This document shows, in pieces, positions 43,420 through 60,552 of a DNA stretch of 64,000 bases. This DNA comes from the human T2T-CHM13v2.0 reference genome, Homo sapiens. The notes under the pieces were generated by a model that made no database searches, had not been told where the DNA came from, and saw nothing but the letters and a program-made list of their open reading frames with translations. The translations under genes were made by a program, and so were the position numbers. The stretch lies in assembly GCF_009914755.1 (NCBI RefSeq), contig NC_060930.1; one strand, 5' to 3'. Within the stretch, counting starts at the first letter, position 1; each line of letters begins with the position of its first letter.

Positions 43420-43810
43420 GGGCCTGACTCGATATATTTTGATGTTTGTCACCTTTCTTTCTTTCCTTTCTGCTCACCTGTGGGCAAGCTGATGAGAAAC
43501 CCTGGGTGTTCCCTCCTTTAGTTCTAGAGGGAAGTTCAAACTATAGAAACTCTGCCCACACCAGAATTCTCACCTTGGCCCCGCCCCACCCTCTAAATAT
43601 CACAAAAACATCTATTTGTCTTCTTTCTCTGTTTTCTAAAGACTTTTTGGACCTTTCTGGTAAGTTTGCCCTGCTGTTCCTAGAAAATCCCATGATGTGA
43701 TGATAAACTTTTCTATACTGTCTTGGTGTGTGTGAGGCATCATCAGTCTTGACATCTAAACAGAATTTTGGTTGGGGGTCCCTCCTGTTTCTGAGAAATA
43801 ACCACAACAA
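43420..43810 (+). mobile_element. LTR-like element (ERV1 MER-series, family unassigned)
   Basis: LTR-like layout with a GC box, a poly(A)-signal-like gataaa and a terminal caaca. Confidence 0.4.
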
Positions 43811-43828
43811 ATACCTAGTTAAGAATTC

Positions 43829-44136
43829 TTTTTTTTTTTTTTTTTTTTTTGAGACGGAGTCTCGCTCTGTCACCCAGGCTGGAGTGCAGTGGCACAATCT
43901 CGGCTCACTGCAAGCTCAGCTCCGCCTCCTGGGTTGAGGCCATTCTCCTGCCTCAGCCTCCCCAGTAGCTGGGACTACAGGCACCCGCCACCACGCCCGG
44001 CTAATTTTTTGTATTTTTAGTAGAGACGGGGTTTCACTGTGTTAGCCAGGATGGTCTCAATCTCCTGATCTCGTGATCCACCCGCCTCTGCCTCCCAAAG
44101 TGCTGAGATTACAGGTGTGAGCCACTGCGCCCGGAC
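43829..44136 (-). mobile_element. AluY
   Basis: Y diagnostics (cactgcaagctc, gttagccaggatggtctc, ctcgtgatcc); TSD aagaattcttt. Confidence 0.95.
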
Positions 44137-44659
44137 AAGAATTCTTTATATTAAATTATCTCTGTTAAAATAACTGTGGGTTCCTCTCTCTTGACTGGAT
44201 GCAAACTGATACAGTAGGTGAATTAAAGACTTCCATTCCTAATGTGTTTCTATTTTCTTTTTATTTCCTGTGGTTTACATTTTGCTTAATGAGTTCTGAT
44301 GTGATATTAGTTGATAAACATCCCATAGCTGTCATAATTTCATTGTGTATTTCTCACTCTATAGTTATAAGATACTTTTCTGTTTTGTTTAATGCTTTTT
44401 TTTTTACTTTAATTTACCCTGTCTGATACCAAGAGTGTGAATTTGTTATTTTTGTTGTTAATATTTGCTTGGTACTTTTTTGCTTATTTAAAAATACTTC
44501 AAACTTTCAGAGTTATTCTATTTTAAATGTATCTCTTGTATACAACAGACTCAAATTTTGTTTTGAGAGTCAATCTGAAATTTCTTTTCATTAATAGATA
44601 AGTTTAGACTATTTGCATTTCTTCATATAAAAGATGTAGTTCATCTTTATTCTATCATG

Positions 44660-47640
<2,981 letters not shown>

Positions 47641-50600
47641 AACTCTATTTAGTATTTCCATAGTCTCTATATGTTTAGACAGTATCTATTGACTCTTAGA
47701 TATGAGCAATGCAGATTTAGTGTATTTTTTCTTCTTTTCCTCCTATTATCTAGCCTACTTACAGCAATATCATATTATTTTTCTTACTGCTTATCCTTAT
47801 ATATTTAATAAATTTAAACTTAAATTACTTGGTTTATTAACTCTTATTTAAAGTTTGACAGAGGCTGCTCATCAAATTTGGTAATATTTATGGATTCATA
47901 TTATAACTGATAACTTTTCAAAGGATTCCTGGAAATATCAATGGAGAGGAAAATTATGGCACAGTCAGGAATTTTTGCTCATTAGAGATGGTACACCTTC
48001 AAGATATAGAATATTACTCTTAATGAATCAAGGGTAGATATAGCATTAACAAAAATCAGGACATCTGGATTACAAATTGATTTGCCTGTAAAAATATATA
48101 CTTTTGAGCTACTTAGTTAAATCTTTTTTCAAATCTGTAAAAATTTTTTTGTTATTATTATTACTCCCATTAATAATGCATGCCTGGTTTTCTGGATTCA
48201 CCACAAAAATAGAACTTCCCTTTGCAGAGAAGGGGAAAACCATTCTTTCTGTTTTTTAGTATGTCAGAACAATGATAAGTCACTGATTTCATTTCTTATC
48301 CAGTTCCATCATTTTATAGTGACTAAAATTTCTCCTAAATTATGGATGTTGTTTGAGTTTCATTCCCACAATTTTGACTGGTTTTGGTGCTCTAATGTAT
48401 TTTAGTGTTAAGTTTGGAAGAAATGCAACAAATACTGCTTGAGTATTTGGCCATTTTCTACATAGTACACAAGAACTTTAGTGCATTTATTTTTTACAAA
48501 CTATTTTTACAAAATAGAGATAGGCCTATTCAACCTATCTCTATTGGGAGCTATAGTGTATTTTTTACTTCCATAAAGAGAAGAGCAAACTTTTACAGTT
48601 TTTATTATGTCTCCCTTTTTTTTAGAGTTTTAACTCTAATCAACCACAACATCAGCTGAAATTAAACACAAATCCTTATTATTCAACCACTTTTAGATGT
48701 CTAGGGTAATAATACTTTTCTGCTTGAATAGATAATAGGTTTCTTCCACATTTTAATGAATATGACTGATTCACTCATGATTTTAGATTATTATTGCTAT
48801 ATTCATATTAAGGATAACTCAGTTGACTTCAATAGTTGAATATTTAGCTGGTTCCATTAAACAAACTGACGAAATAACTGAAATATTTTTATTTTGAGTT
48901 TAAAATGGAAAACAAAACCTACTTTGCATAACTAATTAAAGCTAAAATTTTGAATTGCCTTTCAAGAAAAATAAAAAACACTTGAATATTTTTATGATAC
49001 AATACATACATATTGAGGCTAAAGTTTCAAATGTAAAAACAACTAATTTTTATAGGACAATTGTATTAATACTTTATATTCATAAATTTTGCCATTGTTG
49101 AATCTTCTACATTGTTCAAAATAAGAAAAGGGTAAAGAGAGCAAGTAGACCAAAGAGATGTCTTGCTATGGGCCTTCAGATCTGAGATTTTTATAACATT
49201 GCACTTTTTAGCTACCTACTTATCAATAAAATCCTGTAAATCTGATAATACTTATACTGCCTCGTGATCATAATATACATAGCATGCCTGATGCAAACAA
49301 CTAAAATAAAAAGTGTTATTTGCAATTGTAATAGAGGTGTCATAGGAGTTTTTAGGTTTACCTTTTGGCCTTAGCAATTATAACAGCAGAGATAGGAGGT
49401 TATGTATTGCCATCTTCTGGTGAGTTTCATTAACTCCTTGCAGTACTTAGATGGTGGATAAGGTTTTACAATAGGCTCTTTATATGACTGATTTTTCCAA
49501 ACAAATGCCTTTATCAATAAGAATATATATGTTTATTAAACTAACAATATTAACAGTGATTGAAATAAAATTACCTGTTTTTAGACACAGATGGTTAAGT
49601 TTCAAAAGGCTGGGGTTGTGATAGTTTTGGTCATCATTGCATCCTCAGTACTTGATACTTTTATGCCAAATATGGGGATTCAATACACACATGTTGGGTT
49701 ATATTAATAGGTCTCAATTTTATCTTTATTTGATCTTGACTTTACTTCCCCAGATCAAATGGAAATTTATTGCTGAGTCTGAGAACTCTGGGCTGTTTCA
49801 AAATTTTCTGCCCAAATTTTTCACTCTGCTTCTTGTTTCATCCAAATTCTGGATGTTAAAAAGCCCCAGTCTTATATAAAAGGGCTGATTTGCTTTCCTT
49901 TCCAAACACCTTATCTCTTCCAGTGTCCAGGTTAAATTCAAGCAGCTGGTTTTCCCCATGGAATATACAGGCAATGCCTGAGATCCCTCCCTAGCTCTGC
50001 AGCTTTATCACATTGACTCCTTAATTCTCCATTATGGAAGCTTTGGCCACAGTGACATGTGACTCTTCTGTTCTCCATTACTGTGTTATCCTTCATATAT
50101 GCCCCTCCTGGCAATTGAGGCACATGACTTTACAGGAGTGCCTTTTTGTGATGAAACTTCTCAGAGAGTGCACATTTTGGTCGTCAAAGCCAAACTTCTT
50201 ACCATGAACAATATATACTAAATCTGGAGGGATTAAATATCTAATTCATCTTACTCATATTATGTGTTAAAAACAGTGGCACTTCAGTTTAGAAGAACAT
50301 GCATAAGGTTAAAAACACACCAGAAGTAGATGTTCTGCAGCAGTTTTGCCTTCTTTTTTTCTCTTTAATCTTTTAGATTTATATGCTTCTCTAGCACAGG
50401 AAAAATAATTTTATAGAAAAGCTGTTTCCTCACAGTCTTGTAGTAAGAAATCATTTTCCCTTCCCTATTTGATTGTGTCATTATGTTTTCACATATCTTT
50501 CTGGTATATTTCCAGGAGGAACTGTATCTGAGATTATTTCTTCCTTTCTATTCTTGCATATTTGTGTCCTTCTTTATTATCTCTGTCTTTTCCGCTTCAT

Positions 50601-50859
50601 ACCATTTAAAATTCTCGTTATCCTCTTCCTGACTCACTGATTCCTTTGTGGTTATATATTTTCCTATCCTTGCTTGGTCATTTCCTCACTATTCTGTGAT
50701 TACTATGATCACAAACATTTTTGGTGTGATACTATGAAAATGAACTGAGCTTATAAGATACGTTTTCTAGAAAATAAAGATTCACCTTTTATGCAAAAGT
50801 ATGACTTGTGTCTGTGACCACCGACAGCTTTACTGTCTTCTCCTTTGTTAATTAATAAA

Positions 50860-51070
50860 AACAATAACAACCATAAGTTAATACCAACTATGTGTCAGGC
50901 ACCATAGGAAGCACCTTTACGTATGTTATTTCTGATATTTATAAACTTCTTATGAGGCAAGCATTTTGCTACCTCATTTTGCAAATGAAGGAACAAAAGC
51001 TTAGAAACAAAAAGTAGTATGTCCAAGGTCAGTCAGCAGAGTTAAGATTAGAATCTAGACTTATGTGAGT
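50860..51070 (-). mobile_element. MIR
   Basis: Text ctatgtgtcaggcacc...cctcattttgcaaatgaaggaac...tccaaggtca. Confidence 0.65.
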
Positions 51071-51224
51071 CTGAATTTTGTGTTCTTCTCATGAGGTTAC
51101 AGAGCCTTTCAATACTATAGAAGAATATTTCTACTATGTCATTGCTATTTTACAGAATACGGATAACCTCAAATACGTAATACATAATTTCATGGGTAAC
51201 TTAAAAAAATCTGGTGATTATAAA

Positions 51225-51440
51225 ACAGCACTGTCCAGTAGAGTTTTCTGTGCTGATGGAAATCTGTATCTATGATGTCCATATGGCAGCTGCTAGTTAC
51301 AAGTGAATGAAAGCTTGCTAGCTACAAGCATATGAAGCATGACTAGCATTACTGAAAAACTGAATTTTAATTTAATTTAGTCTTAATTAACTTACATTTA
51401 AATGGACAAATATGGCCACCGTATAGGATAATGTGGTTAT
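51225..51440. mobile_element. MER3-like hAT-Charlie DNA transposon relic
   Basis: Text cagcactgtccagtagagttttctgtgctgatggaaat...gaattttaatttaatttag. Confidence 0.7.
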
Positions 51441-51912
51441 AGAATAAACAAGCTTTCTTGTGATTGTTTTATAATTATTCCAGTATTATAGCATCACCGG
51501 CCCACTTTCAGGTCTTCCGTTCCGCTCAGCCACTTTGAAACCATTGTTAGAAGGACAGAAAAAATGAATTCTTGACTGTATCCATAGTAATGAGTGTTAA
51601 TGGCAATCACTTTGAAATGTCAATTTCTAAGAGCAATATTATGGCATCACAATGTATCTTTGTTCATGTCTAGCTTCTTTTCACTTAATGTGAAAAAGGT
51701 AACATTTTTGTCTTTAATTGAGACAATTAGCATCAAAGTGTAATGTAAAGGGTTTCCTTTAACACCACTACTTCACAGCTTATTTTCCTTGTTGCAGAGC
51801 ATCATTTCTTTCTGTCTGTATGTTCCGTGGTTATATGGTGCAAAGAGGCTGAGGTTATACCTTCTACACCCTGGGTTATTATCTCCATGTCAAAAATTAC
51901 ATGTTAACATGT

Positions 51913-51963
51913 ACAGATGCTCTTGGACTTACTCCAATAAACCTATCATAAGTTGAAAATATT
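51913..51963 (+). mobile_element. Tigger4/MER46-like terminal fragment
   Basis: ta|cagatgctcttggactta...ataaacctatcataagttgaaaatat resembles the Tigger4 left end. Confidence 0.55.
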
Positions 51964-52315
<352 letters not shown>

Positions 52316-53559
52316 TTATTGTAAAGTGTCCCTTATTTGATTCTTTTCTATTATAAAATTAGTCATTATGTTACAAAAACAATCCTCTAAAAGCTCCCTT
52401 AAATCATGAACTCCCAAGTGTTATTAAAAGATTACCATTATTTTTAAGGAAGCATATCTATTGCCTGTATGATACACCTAAAATTAGTTTGATGAGGGTT
52501 AATTCAGGTTATAATAATAAACCAGAGTTGTTTCAAGCAATAGTTTGCACTTCAGAGTGTTTAACACAATCTCAGTTAGGAGATGAAAAGTATTTGGAAA
52601 TTGAGAACTTTGGATTTTTGGGGATTCATTACCCACTAATGTAAACTGTGTGTGATAAAAAAAAAAAAAATCACTCCCAGTGGAATACATATCCACTGAT
52701 TACACACACACTTTCAAGGATATTTCTCTACTGTGTCCTTCCCTGGAATTCCTCTCATAAGGGTGTGAACCAAGTAAAAGGAAATGAGTCTTTAATATGC
52801 TTAAAAACAACTACTTCAGCACTGGCTTGCATTTTGCTTTCAAAATTTCAATGACCAGTAAGAGACAGAGAAGAGACTGATGGAAGCAAAAGTCAGAGGA
52901 AAAAAAATTCATTATTATATTTACTATGGTACCTTTCCAAAGCTCAGACAGCATTTTTATTGATGACAAAAAAGTACATTCTGTAGACAACGCTATTGGG
53001 AACATTTTGTATCTGGACGATTTATCTGAGCCAGTTAGACATATGCTTCTACATGTCATCAATTCCCCTGGAACAAATTGGTATAATAAAGACGTATTTT
53101 TTCTTCCTATGGGAAAACGCAAACTATCTTCTTTATTGTTTACCTACATTTTTTCAAGGTAAAATTATTTTAAATTATTCAAAAGCATTAAATCATGCTA
53201 CTATTCCCATGTAAAAATTAATAATATATGTTCAAATGTAACATTTACTGAAAACATTTTCTACCGTTGTTTTACTGTTTCCTTTTTCTCAGTTTCTACT
53301 AGTCATTTAATTTTCAGTGCTATTGCATAAATATAATTTCTACAAAGATACTGATTGAGACATTGAATAAACCCGTTTTGTCTCTGTTAAAGTCCACTAC
53401 CATTGTTTCATTTTAAATAACTATCTTCTCATATTAATAGCCTGACATTTAAAAAATACACAAGAACTCACTATAATTAGATAATAATTACCATAAAATT
53501 AGGTCAAAATAATAGCTAGAATAGCTTAGAGATTTTCTAATACAAATTCTTTCATAAGA

Positions 53560-53730
53560 CATTAATAATAGGACTTTGTGTATATCAGGCACTAATTACA
53601 GCTGCTGTATACTGACCTAATGATCGAAATGCTTTAAATGGGTCATTTCATTAGATCACTTCTCAGTTCTGTGTGATGAGTGTTATTGTCACCCCTATTA
53701 ACAAATGAAGAAATTTAAATTCAGAGAAGC
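53560..53730 (-). mobile_element. MIR
   Basis: Text tgtcacccctattaacaaatgaagaaatttaaattcagaga. Confidence 0.55.
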
Positions 53731-53935
53731 AAACATGGAGGAAAGAGTGGAAGGAATGAAAGAAGGAAATCAGTTGGCAAAGAACCAAGGATGTAAAATG
53801 CCAGTGATGTAGTCAAGACACGTGCCAGCTCCTAAAACAAGAATATAAACAGAATATAAACAGAAAAATCATAAATAGTGGTAGGCTGCTGGAAAACTTA
53901 CTAATAACAGAATGCAAGTTTTAGCTAAAAACTAA

Positions 53936-55918
53936 TTTTTGTTTATTAAACTTTAAGTTCTGGGATACATGTGCAGAATGTGCAGGTTTGTTACAGAGGT
54001 ATACATGTGCCATGGTGGTTTGCTGCACCCATCAACCCGTCATCTATATTAGGTATTTCTCCTAATGGTATCCCTACACTAGCCCCCCAGTCCCCGACAG
54101 GCCCCAGTGTGTGATATTCCCCTCCCTGTGTCCATGTATTCTCATTGTTCAACTCCCACTCATGAGTGAGAACATGTGGTGTTTGGTTTTCTGTTCCTGT
54201 GTTAGTTTTCTGAGAATAGTGGTTTCCAGCTTCATCCATGTCCCTGCAAAGGACACGAACTCATCCTTTTTTATAGTTGCATAGTATTCCATGGTGTATG
54301 TGTGCCACATTCTCTTTATCCAGTCTATAATTGATGGGCATTTGGGTTGGTTCTAGTCTTTGCTATTGTGAACAGTGCTGCAATAAACATACGTGTGCAT
54401 GTGTTTTTAGAGTAGAATGATTTATAATCCTTTGAGTATATACCCAGTAATGGGATTGCTGGGTCAAATTGTATTTCTGGTTCTAGAAACTTGAGGAATT
54501 GCTACACTGTCTTCCACAATGTATTCGAAGTTCTGGCCAGGGCAATCATGCAAGAGAAAGAAATAATGGGTATTCAAATAGGAAGAGAGGAAGTCAAATT
54601 GTCTCTTTTTGCAGATGACATGATTGTATATTTAGAAAACCCCATCATCTCAGCCCAAAATCTCCTTAAGCTGATAAGCAACTTCAGCAAAGTCTCAGGA
54701 TACAAAATCAATGTGCAAAAATCACAAGCATTCCTATACACCAATAATAGACAGCCAAATCATGAGTGAACTCCCATTCACAATTACTACAAAGAGAATA
54801 AAATACCTAGGAATACAACTTGCAAGGGATGGGAAGGACCTCTTCCAGGAGAACTACAAACCACTGCTCAAGGAAATAAGAGAGGACACAAACAAATGGA
54901 AAAATATTCCATGCTCATGGATAGGAATAATCAATATCATGAAAATGGCCATACTGCCAAACGTAATTTATAGATTCAATCCTATCCCCATCAAGATACC
55001 ATTGACTTTCTTCACAGAATTAGAAAAAACTGCTTTAAATTTCATATGGAACTGAAAAAGAGCCAGTATAGCCACGACAACCCTAAGCACAAAGAACAAA
55101 GCTGGAGGCATCATGCTAATTGACTTCAAACTATACTACAAGGCTACAGTAACAAAACAGCACGGTACTGGTACCAAAACAGATTTATAGACTAATGGAA
55201 CAGAACAGAGGCCTGAGAAATAACGCTACATATCTACAACCATCTGACCTTTGACAAACCTGACAAAAACAAGCAATGGGGAAAGGATTCCCTATTTAAT
55301 AAATGGTGTTGGGAAAACTGGCTAGCCATATGCAGAAAACTGAAATGACCCCTTCCTTACACCTTATACAAAAATTAATTCAAGATGGATTAAAGACTTA
55401 AAAGTAAGACCTAAAACCATAAAAACCCTAGAAGAAAACCTAGACAATATCATTCAGGACATAGGCATGGGCAAAGACTTCATGACTAAAACACCAAAAG
55501 CAATGGCAACAAAAGCCAAAATTGACAAATGGTATCTAATTAAACTAAAGAGCTTCTGCACAGCAAAAGAAACTATCATCAGAGTGAACAGGCAACCTAA
55601 AGAATGGGAGAAAAATTTTGCTATTTATCCATCTGAAAAACGGCTAATATCCAGAATCTACAAAAAAAAAAAAAAAATCAAAAAGTGGGCAAAGGATATG
55701 AACAGACACTTCTAAAAAGAAGATATTTATGTGGCCAACAAACATATGAAAAAAAGCTCATCATCACTGGTCATTAGAGAAATGCAAATCAAAACCACAA
55801 TCAGATACCATCTCACTCCAGTTAGAATGGTAATCATTAAAAAGTCAGGAAACAACAGATTCTGGAGAGGATGTGAAGAAATAGGGACACTTTTACATTG
55901 TTGGTGGGAGTCTAAATT
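53936..55918 (-). mobile_element. 5'-inverted (twin-primed) L1PA7/8-like element
   Basis: 53936-54520 is the 3' UTR and ORF2 end in minus orientation; 54521-55918 is ORF2 RT in plus orientation ([17 protein letters not shown]) ending just upstream of where the minus piece begins. Confidence 0.93.
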
Positions 55919-57344
55919 GTTATATTTAAGAAGAAATACAAATTAGAACTGACTTTAAAGATAAAAATGAAGCTCTTATGGTTTCCCATAGAAGTGTTCT
56001 ATTGTAAGGCCTTTGGCACTTGGTAACTAATTATTATGTAAAATGAGCTTTTAAGGCAAATAGAATTTAGTGATACTGGCTTTAGATTAAATTGTTGGAG
56101 CCCTTTTTACTGGTTAGGAAAAAGGCTCACTGGAGTTCAATGACCACCAGTGACTCCTTTAGTACCTGAATGTCGACGAGAAAGTCTAGCCCAGGGTCTG
56201 GTGTCTCAGAAGAGATTATGGAAGGGGGAAAAAAAAGAGATGCTTACCTCCTTCACTCCTTAGAGTCATTTCCAACATTCCAATTATTTGAGAGGAGGAA
56301 AGAGTTCCTGATTCCAACTCTACCAGCTGCCTTGATGTCACGGCAGACAGGCACAGAAAGAATCTGGGCAGGTGATCTGAATGTGAATCCTCATGAAAAC
56401 AAAACCATGGAGCACCCTCTGGCCAAGTGAAAACCTGAGTGAGGGTGGAAGGGGCGTAGCAGGAGTGGCTGCATTGAGAAGAGAGGACTATGGGCTGCGG
56501 TAGCCACTGCACTTAGCACTTTAGCCATCTCTAGTCACTCCCCACTCCCACCTGGTGTCTTCAGCCCTGCTCTCCATTTTGCTCTCTCCTCCTTAGATTT
56601 AACACTGTTGTCGTTGTTGCCGTATTTTTACTAACCAAACCTTGCATAGCCTGCTACGTGTTGCGAATCTGGATTCATATCTACTCCCTTATTTAATTCT
56701 TGCCATACTCATATACACCAAATATTACTAGAATCCTCATTTTACAGAGAAGACCTATGCTTTATTATGAGTGGATGGGGAGATGGCTGTTGCTCTATGA
56801 AATCCCACAAATGCTAGGGTTCATAGGCTTTACTCTGGAGCATGGACCCCCTAGACTAGGTGTCTTGCTTTTCCCTAAAAAGTTCACAGAACCTTTTTGG
56901 AAAGGACATCACTTTTTACCTGGGGTGAGGAAGGGGTGGGTGAGGAGGGGTGAGGAGGGAGAGGAGTGGAGAGTGGCAGTAGAGGAGTGGGCTTTGGGGA
57001 CATGGTATGGGAGAATGCCTGGATACCAGGCTGTCAGATGCTCTTCTCAGGCTGGGGACTTGTAGGGGAAATGGGGAGCAGTCTGCACAAGGAACATACT
57101 TATAGTTAATCTCTTTATTTACATTCCCATATCTCACACATACTTTTACTCAAATCAGGCATATTCATGTCCCAAGGTTCTTTGAGGTTTGGCAAGGTAG
57201 ATGGATTTGATTCCTAATGAGCTTCTCTCTGTCTTCTTTTACTCACCATGCCATCATTCATGTCAGTCTTCAGAAAGCATTGAAATTCCTTACTAAATCC
57301 AATTGTGTATTTTTTCTAGTGAATTTCTATACTCTCATTCTTTT

Positions 57345-58760
57345 TTTTAAATTAAGCTTTTTATTTTGAGATAATTATAAATGTGCATGCAGTTCTACGA
57401 AGTAATATGGAGGGATCCCTTGAATCATTTACCCAGTTTCGCCCAATAGAAACATCTTGCAAAACTATAGTTTTGTAATGTGCAACATTACGACTGGGAT
57501 ATTGACATGGATACAATCCATTGATCTTATTTAGATTTTTCCAGCTTTACATACATCTATGTGCATGTGTGTGTGCATGCATTTGCTTATTTCTCTGCAA
57601 TTTTATCACATGTGTAAGTTCATGTATCCACCAGTCAAGATACAAAACAGTTCCATCACCACAAAGATTTTCTCCTATTGCTCTTGTATAACCACACTTA
57701 CTTCCCTCCCACCCCCACCCTCCATTCCTAACACCTGACCACCACTAGTCAGTTTTCTATTTCTAAAATTTTGTCATTTTAAGAATGTCTTATAAACAGA
57801 ATCACGCATTATATAACCTTTTGGAATTGGCTTTTTTCACGCAATATAATTCCCCCAAGATCCAACCAAGCTGTTGCATGGAACTACAATTTGTCCCTTT
57901 TTATTGCTGAGTAATATTCCATGGTATGGACATATCACAATTTGTTTGACCATTTACCCATTGATTGAAGGACATGCAAATTATTTCCCATTTGGGGCTA
58001 TTATGAGTAAAGCTGCTATCAACACTCTTGTACTGGTCCTTTGTCAGATATATGGTTTGCAAATATTTCCCCCAAATCTGTAGCTTTCCTTTTTTATCCT
58101 CAGGTTTTTTCCAGAGAGCAAAAATTTTAAAGTTTGATGAGATCTAATTTTTACATTTTTCCTTTTATGGATTATACTTTTGGTGTCTAATCTAAGAATT
58201 CCTCACTTAGTCCTAGATTTCAAATTTTTACTCCTATGTTTTAAAAAAAATCCACATTTTTTGGTTATATATTTTACATTCTCATAGTTTTACATTAAAG
58301 CCTGCAATTTATTTTTAGTCATTTTTGCACAAGGCATGAGACTTGGGCTGAAATTTTGCTGTTGTTTGTCTGCAGATGTCCAGTTGCTCCAGCACTACTT
58401 GTTGGAAGATGACCCTGCACTGAATTGCTTTTGTACATTTATAAAAAAAAATCACTTATGCATATTTGTGTGCTTCTACTTCTGGGTCTGTATCCTGTTC
58501 TTTGATCTGTGTGTCTATTGCTCACCAATGCCACATCGTCTTGATTACTGAAGCTATGTAGTTAACCTTAATATTGAGTAGAGTGACTCCTTCAACTTTA
58601 TTATTATTTTTTGGATTGTTTCAGCTAATCTGTAGCCTCTGCCTTTCCATGTAAATTTTAGATTAAACTTGTCTATGTTTACTACAAATTTTGCTGAGAT
58701 TTTGACAATAATTTTATGAAATCTATAGATTAATGGGAAAAATTGATATCCTTACTATAT
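57345..58760 (-). mobile_element. L1MC/MB-like 3' fragment
   Basis: ttttattttgagataattata...catcttgcaaaactatag is an old L1M 3' UTR in antisense, followed by antisense ORF2 text. Confidence 0.75.
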
Positions 58761-58779
58761 TGAGTTTCACTTTCTTTTT

Positions 58780-59600
58780 AAAATATATTTTCTCCTTAAC
58801 GTCCATACCAGTACACCCATCTGGGTTTCTCTCTTTTGCTGCTACCTTTATCTTATCCTTCTGCCTCATCTTCCTCTACCTAGATTTTAAGTATCAGTTT
58901 CTTGAAGTTCAATCCTAGAATCACTTTTTCCTCTCTATGTGCTCTCAGACTGAACACATCAACACCCATCTCTTCAATGACCATCAAAGCAAAAATAATG
59001 ACACACACAAAGACTCACTCAAGTTTATATCCACAAGCTACTTCTCTTCAGAACCCTGGACATTATATGAAATTGCCTAACTGAAATCTCTGCTTGAATA
59101 TCCCAGAGACACCTTAAAGTCAACTTGCCCCAAACTAAACCATTGACCTTTCCAAGAATCTACCCTCATCCAGGTCTCCTTAACCATCATTTACATATGC
59201 CAGCAATCCTGTTCTATTGATCCCATCCAATTCTCAACAACATCTGTTCATTTTTGTCTTCTAAATATGTGTTGAATATGAGAGTTTTCTACAGCTCTAT
59301 TGCCACTAGGTTAGAACATATTACAAAAAATACTTTTCCCAAATGAGTGCAATAGCAGTCATCTATATTTATTTACTTGTTTTCCTCAGCTACACATCCC
59401 TCAGTCTAGTTTCCATTCTGCAGACAAAAAACAAAAACAAAAACAAAAAAACCTTTCTGAAATGAAATTATTCCATCTCCCCTCCCCTCACACACATTCT
59501 CTTCACTCCTGTATTCCTCCAAATCAATGAACATTTCTCTTAGGATAAAAATAAAATCAATACTTTTAAATGAATTTCTGAGCTCTCTGGAAAGTAAGAG
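58780..59600 (+). mobile_element. L2 fragment
   Basis: L2-like pyrimidine-rich body (gacaccttaaagtcaacttgccccaaactaaac); approximate. Confidence 0.5.
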
Positions 59601-59780
59601 ACATGTCCAAAGGCAAAAACAAAAACAACTAATGACAACAGACATAACAAACAATAGGGAACTGAAACTGTAGAAGGAAGCAAGCTCTAAAGTTAGGGTT
59701 GGTTAGGAACAAACATTGAAAGAAGGAATTTACAGTCTGGAAAATTTTGATTTGACAGGATATAAGAAAGATAGGCCTTG

Positions 59781-60059
59781 GGCCAGGTGTGGTGCCTCAT
59801 GTCTGTAATCTCAGCACTTTGGGAGGCCAAGGCGGGCAGATCACTAGAGGTCAGGTGTTTGAGACCCACCTGGCCAAAATAGTGAAACCCTGTCTCTACT
59901 AAAACTACAAAAATTAGCCAGGTATGGCGGCACATGCCTGTAGTCTCAGCTACTCTGGAGGCTGAGGCACAAGAATCGCTTGAATCCAGGAGGCAAAGGT
60001 GGCAGTGAGCCGAGATCATGCCACTGCACTGCAGACTGGGTGAGAGAGCAAGACTCAAA
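59781..60059 (+). mobile_element. AluS
   Basis: Dimeric Alu whose tail runs into a GA-rich tract. Confidence 0.93.
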
Positions 60060-60161
60060 GAAAGACAGAAGGACGGAAGAAAGAGAAAGAGAGAGACGAA
60101 AGAAAGACAGAGAGAAAGAAAGATGAAAGAAAGAAAGAAAGAAGAAAAAGAAAGAAAGAAG

Positions 60162-60204
<43 letters not shown>

Positions 60205-60552
60205 AAAAGAAAAGAAAAGAAAAGAAATGGAAGGAAGGAGGAAGGGAGGGAGGGAGGAAGGAAAGAAGGGAAAGGAAGGGAGGGAGGGTAGAAGGGAAAG
60301 GAAAGAAGGGAGGGAGGGAGGAAGGAAGGAAAGAAAGGGAAAGAAAGAAGAGAGAGGGACAGAGGGAGGGAGGAAGGAAAAAGAAAGAAAGAAAAAGAAG
60401 AAAGAAAGAGAAGAAAGAAAGAGAAAAAGAAAGAAGGAAAGAAAGAAAGAAAAGAAAAGAAAGAGAAAGAAAGAAAAGAAAGAAAGAAAGAAAAAGAAAA
60501 GGAAAGGAAACAAAGAGAAAGAGAGAGAAGGGAGGGGAGGGGAGAGGAGGAA
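60057..60552 (+). repeat. About 500-nt polypurine (GAAA/GGAA/GGGA) low-complexity tract
   Basis: Only nine pyrimidines in about 496 nt. Confidence 0.95.

Noticed and set aside
50100-50115. Possible CTCF motif CCAGGAGGGGCA
   Set aside because: One base short of the core spacing
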